64,000 bases of DNA, taken from assembly GCA_002633005.1 (NCBI GenBank), contig NMRA01000031.1, positions 1,551,428 through 1,615,427 of the forward strand. Reading direction: 5' to 3'. This DNA comes from Phoronis australis. Its lineage: Eukaryota; Animalia; Phoronida. A program made the position numbers and the translations under genes. The notes below the pieces were generated by a model, which had not been told where the DNA came from, ran no database searches, and saw nothing but the letters and a program-made list of their open reading frames with translations. Shown here in pieces: positions 26,147 through 39,138 of the stretch (its first letter is position 1; each line of letters starts with the position of its first letter).

Positions 26147-29100
26147 GTATCAGTCCACGGATCCGCCGACCACTGTACAGCCAACAAGCGGCAAGGTGGG
26201 GGGTCAGCCATTCAGATCCATGTTTAATCTGATAAATCACATTAGGGATGAGAGAAATTAGGTGAAGTATGACACCACAAAGTTTGGTGGTTTAGGAGAT
26301 ACAAGGGAAGTGTTCTTGGGTTCAAAATGAGGCAATTTCTTGGTGTGGAATGAGTCATTTTTGACCAAATTTTCTACTCCAGTTTCTGCTTCAAACAGAA
26401 TGGTTTTTGAACAATTTTGATAACACATGATAGGTTCATGACCAATGTCAGTAAAACGGCACCGACACTGCAATATCTGTTACCATGGTAACACTGGAAC
26501 TGTTTCCGTGGAGGTACATTTCCTTCTTGTGAAAAACCAGCAGTAAGTTTTACCCTTATAGCGAAGCTACCCCCGCGAGAAAACTAAAAATAATAACATG
26601 AACATGTAGAAGACTCCATGCCCTTGAAATTAATTCAATAAAAACTTTGTCAGCCTTTCAGGCAGGCTTGGTAATAGGTGTCTGAATTTCACTATTTTCA
26701 GACTGCGTATGTGTATTTGTCATGTTAAACCAGTCACTAGTTGTGCGCCGTTTCTACGCATTAATATGCCGTGGTATAATACAACAATTAAAAGAATTGG
26801 TTTGCTTAAATGTTTTTAATTAATTTTAAAGACACTAGCATTTCCCACTAAAATATGAAATTATACTAAATTTGTTCATCCAACTCGTCTGAATACCAAA
26901 CTAAAGCTTACAATGCGTTAGTTGAATGATGGCTGACCTAAAGTGCGGGTTTGCGAATTTATCTATTTATCTGGCACTGCCAGTCGCATCGAATGTGGTA
27001 TTTCTACAAATTGCGGAGAGAAACAACTTTGGAAACTCTTGGGAAATGCACAAGGTATAGAGCGAGACATTTGAGCACCTTATAAGAGTACGTGGAGCTG
27101 ATGTGGAGGTGGAACGTGTCCTCCTGAGAAGTAGTCTGTCTCAGTCAGTGTCTGCCTCGGAGGCAGGTGTGGAGCAGGAGCTACATAATCTACCTTATTA
27201 GATTCACTTGCCCGAATCATCGTTACAACACTCGAGATATATTGCTGTCGCCAAAGACACTGAGAACATCCACTGCACACTAGAGGAGAAATCTAGTCAA
27301 GGTTCAACGTCCTGCTTCGTGTGAGCTCAGGTAGGAATCTTTAAACTCCAGGGTCTGACTCCAGAGTCATTCATGCAAAAATACTTTTATTGTCACACCG
27401 TGATTGCTTATAACTTGGGCCTTATTGCTTAATCATATCTTATTCAAATGTGTTGATGTTTATGCAACTACATGTATACATTGGCATAGAAAATAGGTAG
27501 TCATCATAACTTTTCATAACAACCACCAAATGTGTAACATGACTTCTGCCCATGAACTACTTTTAGAGACTAGGGATTATGTTATGTCTGCCAATGAATT
27601 TCTGCGATTATGAAGTTAATTAAACATGCTAAAGCCATCAAAAATATTGGTGCCTTCACTTTAGCTTGGTATTCATATTTTCTGAGCCGAAATGGCCACA
27701 CTAAATTTAATATGTTTAATTTTTTCATTAATACAATTTTAGGAATCAGGAAAGGCTTATGCTGAAGAAGTAGCTTCTGCTGAAGTTGGAGACTTGCTGA
27801 TTATTAGTAAAGGTTGGGTATGGAAAAGTTCACAACCAGCAAGAAGGTACCCTTCTGGACAACTAAGTGAGGGGGCTAGAGAGAGGCCGTAAAGTCTACT
27901 CCCAGAAGATATGTCAAAGAGAATTTGTAGCTTGAGGAACGAGTCGGGAGAAAAAGAATTTGCCAAAGATTACTGGCTTATACCACAACAGGTCCAAAGT
28001 AATTTCTTGAGATAGGCCAATCTCAGCAAATGTGGGGAAACTGGGACAGAGGAAGTGGAGTATGCATTGAAAGAGGCAATCTGCGATTGTCAAGGATGTA
28101 GCATTGTAAAAATTCAAAGGGAGGAAACAGTACAGTGGCTGGACCTGTAAATACTCTGGCTGATCTGCTAAATCCAGTGGGGGCATTATTGTATCAGCAC
28201 AGTTGTGTAGGGAAGTAGGCTTGTGTGTTGTCGCAAGCTTTGTTTGCACCAGAACTGCTTGTGTGAACAGCACAAATGTGAAATTTACCTAGTCTAAGAC
28301 TGAATTTTTCTCCAGGCACGGATCATGATCCTGGGCCACACGGTAATGGTACATTGTTCATTTTGTTTAGCCACTGGATTTTTTGGTCTGACAGGATTTC
28401 TCAGTGTGGCCATCACATTTAGATGATTTCTGACCACTGTACTGTTCCTTTTCCTTGAAGATGCATAATTGATCTGAATTTATGTTTCCGCATTTTATTT
28501 ACCATTATAGATTTTTATTTGTAAATGGGTATATATTACTGAAATTTGAGACCCTGTTGCAGTTAGGCTGGTTTTGTTAACTCATCTTTTTACCTTGGTT
28601 GTAAACCCATATTCTGTCCATGAGGTAATGAGTTTTGATTTAGACCATTTACCTCTATAAACTTTGCTCAGTTTGTTCCTTATCCAGATGGGAAGTGATT
28701 TCTGGAATTATAGCGAATTGACAGTTTGCTATTCCTTGAGACCATGCTGTGTGTATAAAATCACACACTATTAGTCTGGTCTCTAGCAATTGCATATTGC
28801 CAGATCTTTCAAAGTTCTGAAATTGCTCAAAAGTGACCTGGAAGTAATACCTATTTTGTGATGGTAAAATGGCTAAATCAAAAGTTGTTTTATGTGATTT
28901 CAGGCGAGTTTATGTCCACTTCAAATAATTTTTGTTGCAGTACTGAAAAGTATTGGCACATTAGCTCTGGTGGCTCCTTGTTTTTTTGGCGAATAGACCA
29001 TTTTATGGTTCTCATGGGTAATTTTGTTAGTGGTCTAGTTTGTATGTACAACTGTAATCGTAGGGCAATTGTAATGCAAACCATGTTGCAAAAGTATTTT

Positions 29101-31075
29101 TTCATGACCATTTAATGGTAAAATGCTGCCTAATTGGAACCGACATGATAATTTTTCATTTTTGGTGGTTAGTTTTGATAAGAACATTGATGTGGTAAAT
29201 ACAGCTACCTCAAGTTTGTGAAGAAGAGATTTCCTGTGTTGTCAGCGATATTGCCAAATCACTTTTTCGCAGTGAGACTACATCACATTAAATGTAATTC
29301 CCTGACTTTATGGGCTTTGTGTGGTTGACTCTGTCCTGTAGCAATTAGATTGTTGAAAAGATCTAGAAGGCAATTTTTATTAGAGTAATAATATTTGCAC
29401 TTTTGACTGTACAATTATCTTTGCATTGTATTACGAAAACATATTCTGTAGTACACAAGTCTCTGGTTGGTATTTTATATTTTTTACAAGGAATATTTTC
29501 AGCTTAGATGAGTTGTCTGTGAGGTAGGCAATTTTCAAATAAGATAATGAATAAAATTGTCAAACATTGTTTTATTTTTTAGATGAGTGATCTTCCAATA
29601 AGTGATTACTTTTAAAAAACCTGTGCAGAATTTGATTTTTACTCTTTATTTTAAGGAGAATAAATCCATAAACCTGCATTGTCTTGAAATTTTACTCAAA
29701 CTACAGATTGGGTTGGGGATAGGAATCTTAATACAACAGAGTCTGAACCCTTACCATGAGCAATACAACACAATACACGGATATAAAAATTTGGTGTTTA
29801 GGTTCCACGGAAAGGATTCGTGTGCGCGGTAATAGTTACTAAGGTGCGTGGTCATTGTTTGTGGATACTTTGGGATTCCTCTTCTGTGGTCATCCACCCG
29901 AAACCTGGTTGCATAGAGAACAATAGATTAGCATCTTCATTGTTATAATAAAGATATAATGACGAGCACTTATCGGCAACGGTCTGATGTACGCAAGGTT
30001 CCATATCCATGCGACCTGTGTTGTTATATCCAACAGTGACACAACAATGGAAAACAATGATAGGACCGATGGGCGAAAAACATGCAACGAGTTGCCACAG
30101 ACAGTAGTGGAGTTTGTCTTGTCATTCGAATGTTTTTAAGAACTGCAAACCCGGTTTTTCGTCAGGAAAATTTCTGCGGTCTTTTGTTTTAAGTCGTGGG
30201 AAAAACTGCGGTCATGCCACCAAACTTATCATTCATTTGATAATACAGTGCATTGAATGAACATTTGATCAACAGAAAATCTGACTTGAATAGGTGTGAA
30301 TAAATACCCATGAGGAAATTGCAAAGTAAAACAACTGTAAATCAAAATAACCTACATTTGTCGAGTTCATGTCTAACCATGGTCACTGCGGAGGACATAA
30401 TCGGCTTTTTACAAAATGGAGCCATGTGTGGTACTATAGCCCAAAGTGATAAGTAGTAAAACGTTCAAAACATTCAGGAGGAACTAACTTGTTGCAAAAT
30501 ATCGAAAAATATGAAGGACAGTCAGATTTTACGGTGCTCACGCATCGATATCAGATATATGACAATTTCTCATTTTAGTACATTTGAGGTGCCAAAATGT
30601 ATAACTAATAAACTGTCTGACAAAGTTTTTATTTTATGCAATGAAAGTAATATGTTTTGTCAACATTTTGGCTAAGTTTCATTCTCATAGCAGTGGGGGC
30701 AGTGTACTGAACACAACCTCAAAATGGCATAACGGGCGGCAGTGTAGTAAAACTACTAAATGAGGGCGGTAAATCGGAATCGTGTTTCAAGACATCCGTG
30801 TAACAATCTATAGGCACCAAGTGAATAATAAATCAATAGCTTTCATTCAAGGAAAAATATGAACAGTTAAAACTGGACAGTTTTTATACCGTGAAAATAT
30901 GGCTGCGAAACCGTAAAATGTGTTTGAACCTATAACTTTAGAAAAAACACAATATTTTGAGGAAATATTTCACCGCTGTTTATAGATCCCATAGGACTAC
31001 ATATGTGCCAAATTTGGTGAAAATCGGCTGACCCCCACCTTGCCGCTCATGGTTGGTGCTCTCGTGGACTAGTAC
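26147..31075 (+). mobile_element. 4.9-kb TTAA-targeting DNA transposon with decayed transposase remnants (possibly Sola3-related), copy 1
   Basis: TTAA at 26143-46 and 31076-79; single TTAA at the empty site 54571-74; TIR GTATCAGTCCACG..AGCGGCAAGGTGGGGGTCAGCC; remnants TCPNHRY..HPLH and KGWVWKS..PEDMSKR..F.KDYWL.PQQV.S.F.R. Confidence 0.8.
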
Positions 31076-32259
31076 TTAACCACAGAGACGGAGAAAAATA
31101 TATTAGAGAACAAGCCAATGCACCAAAGAGTTGTCTGACGAAAGGGTATAAGTTTTTTTCGTAAAACTAGGTTCTAAACATGAAAAGTAAATATGACCAA
31201 ACTGCGGCGATCGTAGTGTTACGGATTGCAGGGTTACGTTTATTCTTGTAAATTTTTGATAAATATGTTTTCTACACAAACCAAGCCATCTGTTTGTATT
31301 GTTGACGAGTTGAAGATTCTCATTGCATTTTGATGTCATGTGCAGTTAATCACATCTGGTTTAATTTGTTGCTCAAGAACATTAACATGACTAGCATAGC
31401 CTAGGTCATGGTGAGGTAGGGACTACCGAGACTAACAGTTGATTTGTCATTAATCTGAAAGAATAACTGATGTCATTATATGTTTTTTATTAAAATAAAA
31501 ACCAGGCTCGGAATTGAAAATAAAAGTTATTTGACCATTTTTTAAATTTCAAAAGAAAAAATAAAAACGAGCACAGCCCTAGAAATCGCTTTCGCATCAT
31601 ATCTAGGTTCTTATTCACTCCCTGCACATACTCACAAGTAATTGATTTTAATAATTCTTACGTCTATTTCATGTGCTATATACATGTATATAGGCCGGTT
31701 TCAGATATCAATCTGGCCCAAGTTGAATTTTAATATTAAAACACCTATTTCGTTCCGTCCAAAGCCTAATCTCGTTTTAGAGCTCAATTTCAGTTAACTG
31801 GACTGAGCAAGTATACTGTAGTTATCATGTTTCTTCAGGTGCCTCGTTCGATCTGAGGGGAAAGGTGCTTGCACCTTCCGGTTCTGAGAGGGAAATTTTT
31901 TACCGAGTAAGGGGAAAATCTATCTCCCGATCATCATCAATAGCACCTCTGCCCTGTTGCAAGCTCTCATGGGCTCTGTCTCAAGTAGCATTTTGTGCTC
32001 TTTCAAATAGTCACCTGTATGGTTACGGATGATTTGAACTTCGGAGAGAACTTTTCAATCACTAATTTTAGGCCTCTTGGGGGGGAATTTTGGGGGATTT
32101 TTTGATATTTTTGAGAGGAACACTGGGCCGATATTCGGCCCCAAAATTGGGGGATTAAGATCCCTGTCCTTTTTGGAAAGAATAATGCATCACCTTTCAA
32201 CCCGTAATCATGAAAACACAGCCTGGCTTGCCGAAAATTCTCCGGGTTGTTAACCGAGA

Positions 32260-32440
32260 TGCGACAACTTGAAATACGATCTAACTTTGGGAAAACATTT
32301 TACACGGATATATTTTCCTTCGTCGCTGCCTATAGCATGCGACCCAACGCTTCCGAATCTCAACGTCCTCAGGGATTGTAAAACAGACAACTTAACGTCC
32401 GTATTTTTTCTAGCCGTTCGAGCAACGGAATACACTATGC
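32260..32440 (-). pseudogene. Decayed THAP zinc-finger coding remnant
   Basis: CFTIPEDVEIRKRW..DEGKY..KCFPK pattern across frames; same region as 55752-55958. Confidence 0.6.
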
Positions 32441-34205
32441 GGCCAAAAAGCCAACAGAGCTATCGTAGCTAGCCTCGTTTTGGAACGCGCCTCCTGTCAG
32501 CGTGAATTAGGTCTATGTCAATGCTGCGTTGCTGCCTCACAGCCAACAGCTTCGATAAATCTCGCGTGGTCACGTTTGCTGGAACTTTGTTCTTCCGGTT
32601 AGCACCCCATCTATCCGACAGAAGCGACTTTTGTAATCATCAATGACCAAACATCTTTAGCAACATACTGAAATTCACTATGTCATTATCTGACATGATA
32701 ATACGAAACTTTCATATGAGATGTAAAGTAGCTCAGAATAAATAACCCCCTATCTGTCAGAATTTCATTGAATACAGTGGATGTTCTACGAATATCCAAA
32801 ACACAACTTAGAATGCTAACCACATACTTTTCAAGTCTCAATGTCGTTTGTAAGTTGTCGAAATAACATGCCTTGTGAGAGGACAGAAAAACTGATTAAG
32901 AGTGACTCTGTATAAAAACCAACAGGTACAGTCTATACCCAAAATCACAGATTTTGTTTAGACTTGGCACACGTACTTGGTTTTGTGAGATGTAAAAAAA
33001 TAAGTTTTTTAGACTTTTCATCCATTGTTTCTCTTTTTATGACATGCACTTCCATTTTGTAACAAAATTGGGTGCCGAAGTAAGTATGCTTGAATCCATT
33101 TTACTAGAATGTATAGCCAGTTGAATAATAAATAAGTGGTATGGTTTTGAAGGACTATGACTGGATAATTAAATGGCATAACTTTCAATTTCATATTTCA
33201 ATTTGTATTGTTTGATTTTGTGTGGCAAAAACGACTGTTTTGAAGGTTTTCACTGAATCCATTTTTCGCCACTCTGACACTCTGTAGCTACATGTATGGG
33301 CGGATACAAGATTTTGAGTTAGGAATGCCAGGGTAGAGTAATTACCAGGATTTTTCCCATCAGACATTCTCACCTTTGAACTGCCACATGGAATCTGGGA
33401 AAACTTTAGGGGGGCTTAATCTCTGGCCTTATATCCGCCACTGGTAGCAGCCATATTGCACCTTCTCAAAAGCTGACCTTATAATAATTTCTTTAGTCAT
33501 TCCTAGCCTCTTCATTATCTAAAATAAAAAATTCGCCTCTCCCTTGGTTTTTTGTCTCGAAGAATTACACGCAATGCACTTCGTCCTATTTGCCTGTCCT
33601 CAATTGACTCAATCACCTATAGAGGGCCTCCCGAAACATATAATTATCTTGCAAATAAAAAGTAAAAAGCTTGTATTTCAGAGAAAAAGCAGACAGCGCT
33701 ACTAATTACCATTCTCTCAAAACCACACTGATGCTTATTGCTTATTACAAAAATATGTACATAAATTGTGGTTTGCATGCGTGTTTTGTCTAAATCAGTG
33801 ATAGATGGCGCAGAGACTTTGGACGCGACTACCAACCGAATCTGCCTAACACGTGTTTTTTATCTTCGTTGTGAGAGCCACTGATAAAAGAAGGGAGGCA
33901 CCTAAGGGGTTATGGCACTCTGTTTAGTGCAAACAAATTTCAAATCGGCCAAAACTCATTGTATATTTGCGTAATGTCCCCGCATGTTGCTACGAAGTTT
34001 AATCTTCACACCGGTGGTAGGCCAACCCAATGTTCAATATTTTTGACAGGACAATCATTAACGTTAAGAAAAGACATACCTCCAAGGTCAAGAGAAAAAA
34101 TACATGAAAGACAATTTTACTAATGACAGATACTAACACACAATAGGTTAACGCAGTTCAATACAAAGGTCTGGAGTTTGTAGCAAACATACCGAGTGAC
34201 TGACT

Positions 34206-34350
34206 CGGTGCCGTAGCAAGGGCGCCGCCGGGCACTTGCCGAGGAGGGGCGGGTGCTAAACAGGTGTCGTCTTCAGCTACCAACCGGGGATGGGGGGCGC
34301 CACCTATTGAGGTGTCCTATGGGGACCAGGAGGTGCACGCTTCTCCACTG
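34206..34350. mobile_element. 145-bp GC-rich hAT-type MITE with 8-bp TSD
   Basis: GACTGACT on both sides (34198-205, 34351-58); imperfect TIR CGGTGCCGTAGC / GCTTCTCCACTG. Confidence 0.75.
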
Positions 34351-34996
34351 GACTGACTACTGTCATTTCATCTCAACTACAAACTTCGATTAACTGCGAT
34401 AAAATATATAATACCTGAATATGGCGAGCATTTTATTTAAAAGATATTTTGACGCGTTCCATGCCTCTTTAAAGGACCTTTTTCAGACGGGTTCCTTTTG
34501 CATCACAGACAGTGGTCCTGAATAGTTTATAACGATAAAAGATTTTCTAGAATTGTTTTGAAGATCGTTATTAGGAAAGTATTAGTTGAGAGAAAGAGTC
34601 TTTCACAGGAAACTCGCCCGTTTCGATCAGATTGTCAAAGGCTAACTTTAGGTGACCTTGTACAGTGTTTTATCTTGGATTAAGGTGCACAAGTGCGCAC
34701 ACTGACAATTGAAAGCATAAGTTTTTGTAATTCTTTTGGAATCTTCACCGCAGACACCGTAATAAAATACCACTGGAAGGAACCAAAATTCTGGCCAACA
34801 CGATTATGCGAAGCTTAATACTACACTGTCCATAGTATGGATTAAGTGAGTGAAACGTGCCATGCACCCTGTTCTTCCCAAAAATCGTACCCTACCTCAC
34901 TCGGAACGAATTGCTCAGTTCGATTCTATTCTACTTGTGGAGGTTTTACTGTATGATGACCCCTAGAAAAAAGGAAATGGGTAACAATCTTACCTG

Positions 34997-35396
34997 GGCC
35001 CGGTCTCTAATCATTGTACTCGAAACGAACTCGAAACTATTTTTGGCAATTTCTCTGCCCCTTTTGTGCGAACTTAAGATAATTGGCTATCAGACTGTGC
35101 TCGAATACATTATAGTTTATGCATTGGAGTTTCTAGTTCAAGTTTGCCCTTGAAGACCCTTATATTCGTGCTACAAACTCGAGTAAATACTCGAAATTTC
35201 GAGTTCAAACTCGAACTTATTGCTTTAATATTGGGTTTACAAACTGTGAACTAAGGGCAATAAATTATCTACGTAAATTATTGTGTACTCGAGCATAGAA
35301 TAATAGACACTTATCTTGAGTTCACCCAAAAGTAGAGTAGAAAATGCCAAACCTAATTTCGAGTTCCATTTCGAGTAAAAGATTGGAGACCGGGCC
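34997..35396. mobile_element. 400-bp Harbinger/NuwaI-type MITE (CTG TSD)
   Basis: GGCCCGGTCTCTAATC / GATTGGAGACCGGGCC TIRs, CTG duplicated; empty site CTTACCTGGACTGAC at ~19648 in copy A; ACTCGA/TCGAGT subterminal repeats. Confidence 0.92.
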
Positions 35397-36194
35397 CTGG
35401 ACTGACGAGACTGCAGGAAAAAACTCAAAAGCATTACAAATGGTACATTGTATTAAAATATCATGTCAAAATCAGATATGCTGCTTAGCGTGGGGGAAAT
35501 GCTTTGTCTTGGAGTAATTACCTCTTGGCTCTAATTACTATACCTGTACCTATTGCCAGCATTTATACTGGCACTCTCAAACAAGCTACGATTCATGGAG
35601 CCGTGATTGATAATATAATAGCAGGGAAACCGACAGCGTATGACTGGCCTGAACTGAAAAAGAGCAAGTACAATACGCGAGCAAAATAAAACATGATTCT
35701 GTTCAAGTTTTTCCTTATATATCTCACATCTTGAGAAGTTGTGTCTGTTTTGGTGTGAATTATATTGTAAGACGACAACATGAGTCATGTTTTTAAATTA
35801 TGAATTTGCACCTAATAAGCGTTGGTCATAATTAACGGCCTGATTATGGAGCATTGGAGAATATTAACAATATCACTGTATGTTCAGCACGAAACTTCCT
35901 GCCAAAACACCTCTTTTTGTTTGTTTTTCTCCATAATGCTTCCCGCTACAAATATGAGCAAACAACCCAGATTAGTTTAACTTCAAAACAACTTGTTGAA
36001 ACAATGGGCGCCCGAGATTGATGGAAGCCACCAGAACTCCCTCGATCAACAATGCGCTGCGGTAGACGAGATCACAATTCAGAGTTCTAAGAATGAAGTA
36101 AAGAGAAACTAAGAATTGATTTTTTTTCAAGTCGTTTTGCACAACTCGCCAGAAGTTATAGTAGAAATGTACTGCGCACAAATTGCACCACTCA

Positions 36195-37755
36195 GGAATC
36201 TAGTAAGGTCACCCATGGGGTATTTTAAGATGACTTATCAATATTTCCACGTCACCGAGAGGTATTGTAAGGTCAACGAAGTGCCTTGTAAGATCTCTGA
36301 GGTGTATTCCCAGGCCACGGAGGAGTATTGTAATGTCACTCAGGACTATTGCATTGTCACGCAGGAGTATTGACAAGGCTCTGAGGAGCATTCCAAGGTC
36401 ACATTGGAATATTGTAGAGGTGACTCAGGAGTTTTGTTATGTCATTCTGTAGGATTTTGATGTCTGAATAATATTGCAAGGTCAGCTAGGTGTGTTTTAA
36501 GGTCCCTCGTGAGTTTTGTAAGGTCACTCAGGACTATTGCAATAGCTCACTTGAGACTTTCCAGATATTCAATGTGACGTCACCGGAAGGAGGGCAAAAC
36601 CCTCCATATTGTTCTTGTTATGCCACTAGTCTTTGATAAACACGCGAAATCTTACTGGAGTTCTTATGGTGAATTTTACGCTTAAAACGTTAACACAATT
36701 TAAGGGATAGTAGATGGATCTCGGAATAACTGTGAATGGACAAAAAAGGGGGAACTTGTTCTGCTTAGCTGTGAACGGACTGAAACTGGAACTCGGCCCG
36801 GTCTAGGCCTGAATGCCGCAGGCATACAGCTGCGATAGTATATCCCCATAAAAAGTTACTCATTTCAAAATACATCAAATAAAATCATGAAACATGCATG
36901 GGTGCACATGGAGTTATAATTAGCATATACCCTAGCTGAGTTTGGATACAATTTAGTCTACAAATAACTTGAACATATCGATGAAAACCTCGCAGTTCGC
37001 TGAGTTCGCTCACCGGGCACCATTCTGAGGAAGTAACGTCAAATCACCCCTGTTGACGAACAAAAAGCCCAAGGGACACAAATCTTACAAATTTCACTTG
37101 ATATTTTCCCCATGATATTATGCAAGTGTCACGCGCCAGGTCACACGCTTTGCTCAATCTCGCGCCCAGCCTTTGCCTCATACCTGACTCAGTTGAAATA
37201 CTTTGTAGTTATCGCGCGCGCGGTCAAAGTTAACAATAACCAAAAAGTGGAGTTGGAATTCTTCGCCAAAATCACCTGAATTCCCGTAGCTATGGGTCAT
37301 CGAAGATATGTTTAGAAGCAGAAAGGATCACTGAAGAGAGAAAGCGCCTTTTTAGGTGATAATTTTAGGTGTAGATTGTAATTTTTGACGAGGTAAAAAC
37401 TTAATCACTGAGCGGATTTCGCCTACTGCCCGTTTAAAATACACTAGACGAAATTAGTACAGAACGCGATGGAACGTACATGTATTGTAGTGCGAATCTG
37501 AATTTCATTTGCCATAATGCATTTTTCACACTAAAAACTCGAAGTAAAAAACAGAATACACTCTGCTACCGTATCGGGCAAATGGTCAAACGATAAGCTT
37601 TTGCCCCACTTCCCGTGACGTCACAGTTAAGTCTCACATAATCTCGCGTTAGTGTTATGAATTCGCAAAAGGACTATTGCAAGGTCACCCAGGAGTATTG
37701 CAAGGTCACAGCGGATTATGGTAAGGCCACTCAGGAGTACTGCAAGGTCACTCAG
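36195..37755. repeat. 21-bp tandem array of copy B, split by a ~1.1-kb insertion
   Basis: Units at 36195-36542 and 37670-37755. Confidence 0.85.
36543..37670. mobile_element. ~1.1-kb non-autonomous TIR element
   Basis: Absent from copy A; subterminal inverted motif TGTGACGTCAC.GGAAG.GGGCAAAA at both ends; exact termini uncertain. Confidence 0.7.
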
Positions 37756-38355
37756 ATGTCACGTAAACATGAAATACAACGTCAGACATGTAAACCTAGG
37801 GATAGAATCTATTTTTACTCAAAATTGAACTCCAAAGTATTTTTAAAATTTTACTTTCTACGATAAGTGTCCGTTACTCTGGCTCAAATTTGCCACGGTT
37901 GATGTAAACGATTGAGTAGTTTTATTTTGCATTTGCTGATCAATAAAGCTAAGCCTGGAAATGAGTCTGAAACTAAATCCCGACATTTTACTAGAAATCT
38001 CGAATTTTCAAACCAATTAGTTGCTTTACACTTGGTGTCAAGTGCGGCTTTACACTACACTAGGGTTTACGTACTCCTTAACACACTTAAGTACAGAATT
38101 ATAGGGGATTTTCTTGAGTTCGTACTAAAAGAAAACGGAAAAGAGCCAAATAGTATTTTGAGTTAGGTTTCGAGTCAAAACATTGGATCCTGGGTCCTAA
38201 GTTACTTACGTCACACTTAGTTTGTCTACAAGGTTTTTTAATTTAGACCGGTATTCGTAAAAGTACATCAATTTTGATGAATAGTCATAAAGTTGGCATG
38301 AGCGTGAAACTGCACCCGTCTTACAGGGGTTCGAGAGACCTTCTCCTACACACAG

Positions 38356-39138
38356 ATGCTTCAGAAAGTGCTTGAAGAGTTAAAGCCTTTGAACACGGGG
38401 ATTTTCCTCAGTATATTGATGTTCATCTGGGGATTACTGCTTACGTTGTACACATGTGCAAGTACCTGCCGACGTAACGAAGCGGGAGGTTTGCTCTATC
38501 GTCATCCTTGTTACATGCCTCGTGTATTGCACGCCCTGTGGATCCTAATACCCGTGAAAACACTTACCTGGTGCGTTCTCATGGGGAAGGGTGAACAGGT
38601 ATGGGCCCTTGTGGCCATTCTATGCGCCGTTATCACTTGTAGTGTAAGTCTGGTGATAACAATGAGAACATTTCGTCAGAAAAATAACGAATACCCGGAA
38701 GCAGTTCTCGACAGGGAGAAATGGATTTACCGCGTCATAGTTTTTAACGCACCAGCGTTTACAACAACATGGTTAAGCATCTTAATGCTAGAAACAGTGG
38801 CGCTGATCTTGCGCACCGAGATTGACGAGCAGTACCACAACCTGATATCATACATATTCTGCGGCCTGCTATGTGTCAAGATGGTAGTCACCAGCGTACT
38901 CGAGTTAACTAAATTCTTAGACTGGTCAGTCTATTTGTACGGCCACTGCGCAGTTTGGACTATCTACTGGCTACTCGTTTCTATATTAAGTTTTGAAGAA
39001 GACGTGGTAGCACCCCTTAAAGCAATTTCTTGTACTTTGACCGCCGTTGCCGTCATTTCATTTGCCATAAAGACAACAAAAACTGCCAAATACGTAATGG
39101 ACCAAAGGGAGGTGCGCTCTGTTTCTGAGGCCAGGTGA
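38356..39138 (+). CDS. Multi-pass membrane protein, paralog B
   Basis: Intact 260-aa ORF, 64 differences over 256 aligned residues vs paralog A, no indels in the aligned part; same cttacAG acceptor (exon start 38327); AATAAA at ~39627. Confidence 0.85.
   Translation: MLQKVLEELKPLNTGIFLSILMFIWGLLLTLYTCASTCRRNEAGGLLYRHPCYMPRVLHALWILIPVKTLTWCVLMGKGEQVWALVAILCAVITCSVSLVITMRTFRQKNNEYPEAVLDREKWIYRVIVFNAPAFTTTWLSILMLETVALILRTEIDEQYHNLISYIFCGLLCVKMVVTSVLELTKFLDWSVYLYGHCAVWTIYWLLVSILSFEEDVVAPLKAISCTLTAVAVISFAIKTTKTAKYVMDQREVRSVSEAR

Larger units (their letters stand above)
26007..32514 (-). mobile_element. THAP-bearing non-autonomous DNA transposon with AT TSD (ISL2EU-like), carrying a nested 4.9-kb insertion
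   Basis: AGACC..GGTCT termini flanked by AT (26005-06, 32515-16); empty site in paralog at ~41712-41725 (CGGATATGTCAATG); uninterrupted copy at 54427-56038. Confidence 0.85.

Noticed and set aside
36116-37866. ORFs with TQEYCKV heptad repeats
   Set aside because: By-product of the 21-bp array; frames are not conserved between the duplicated copies
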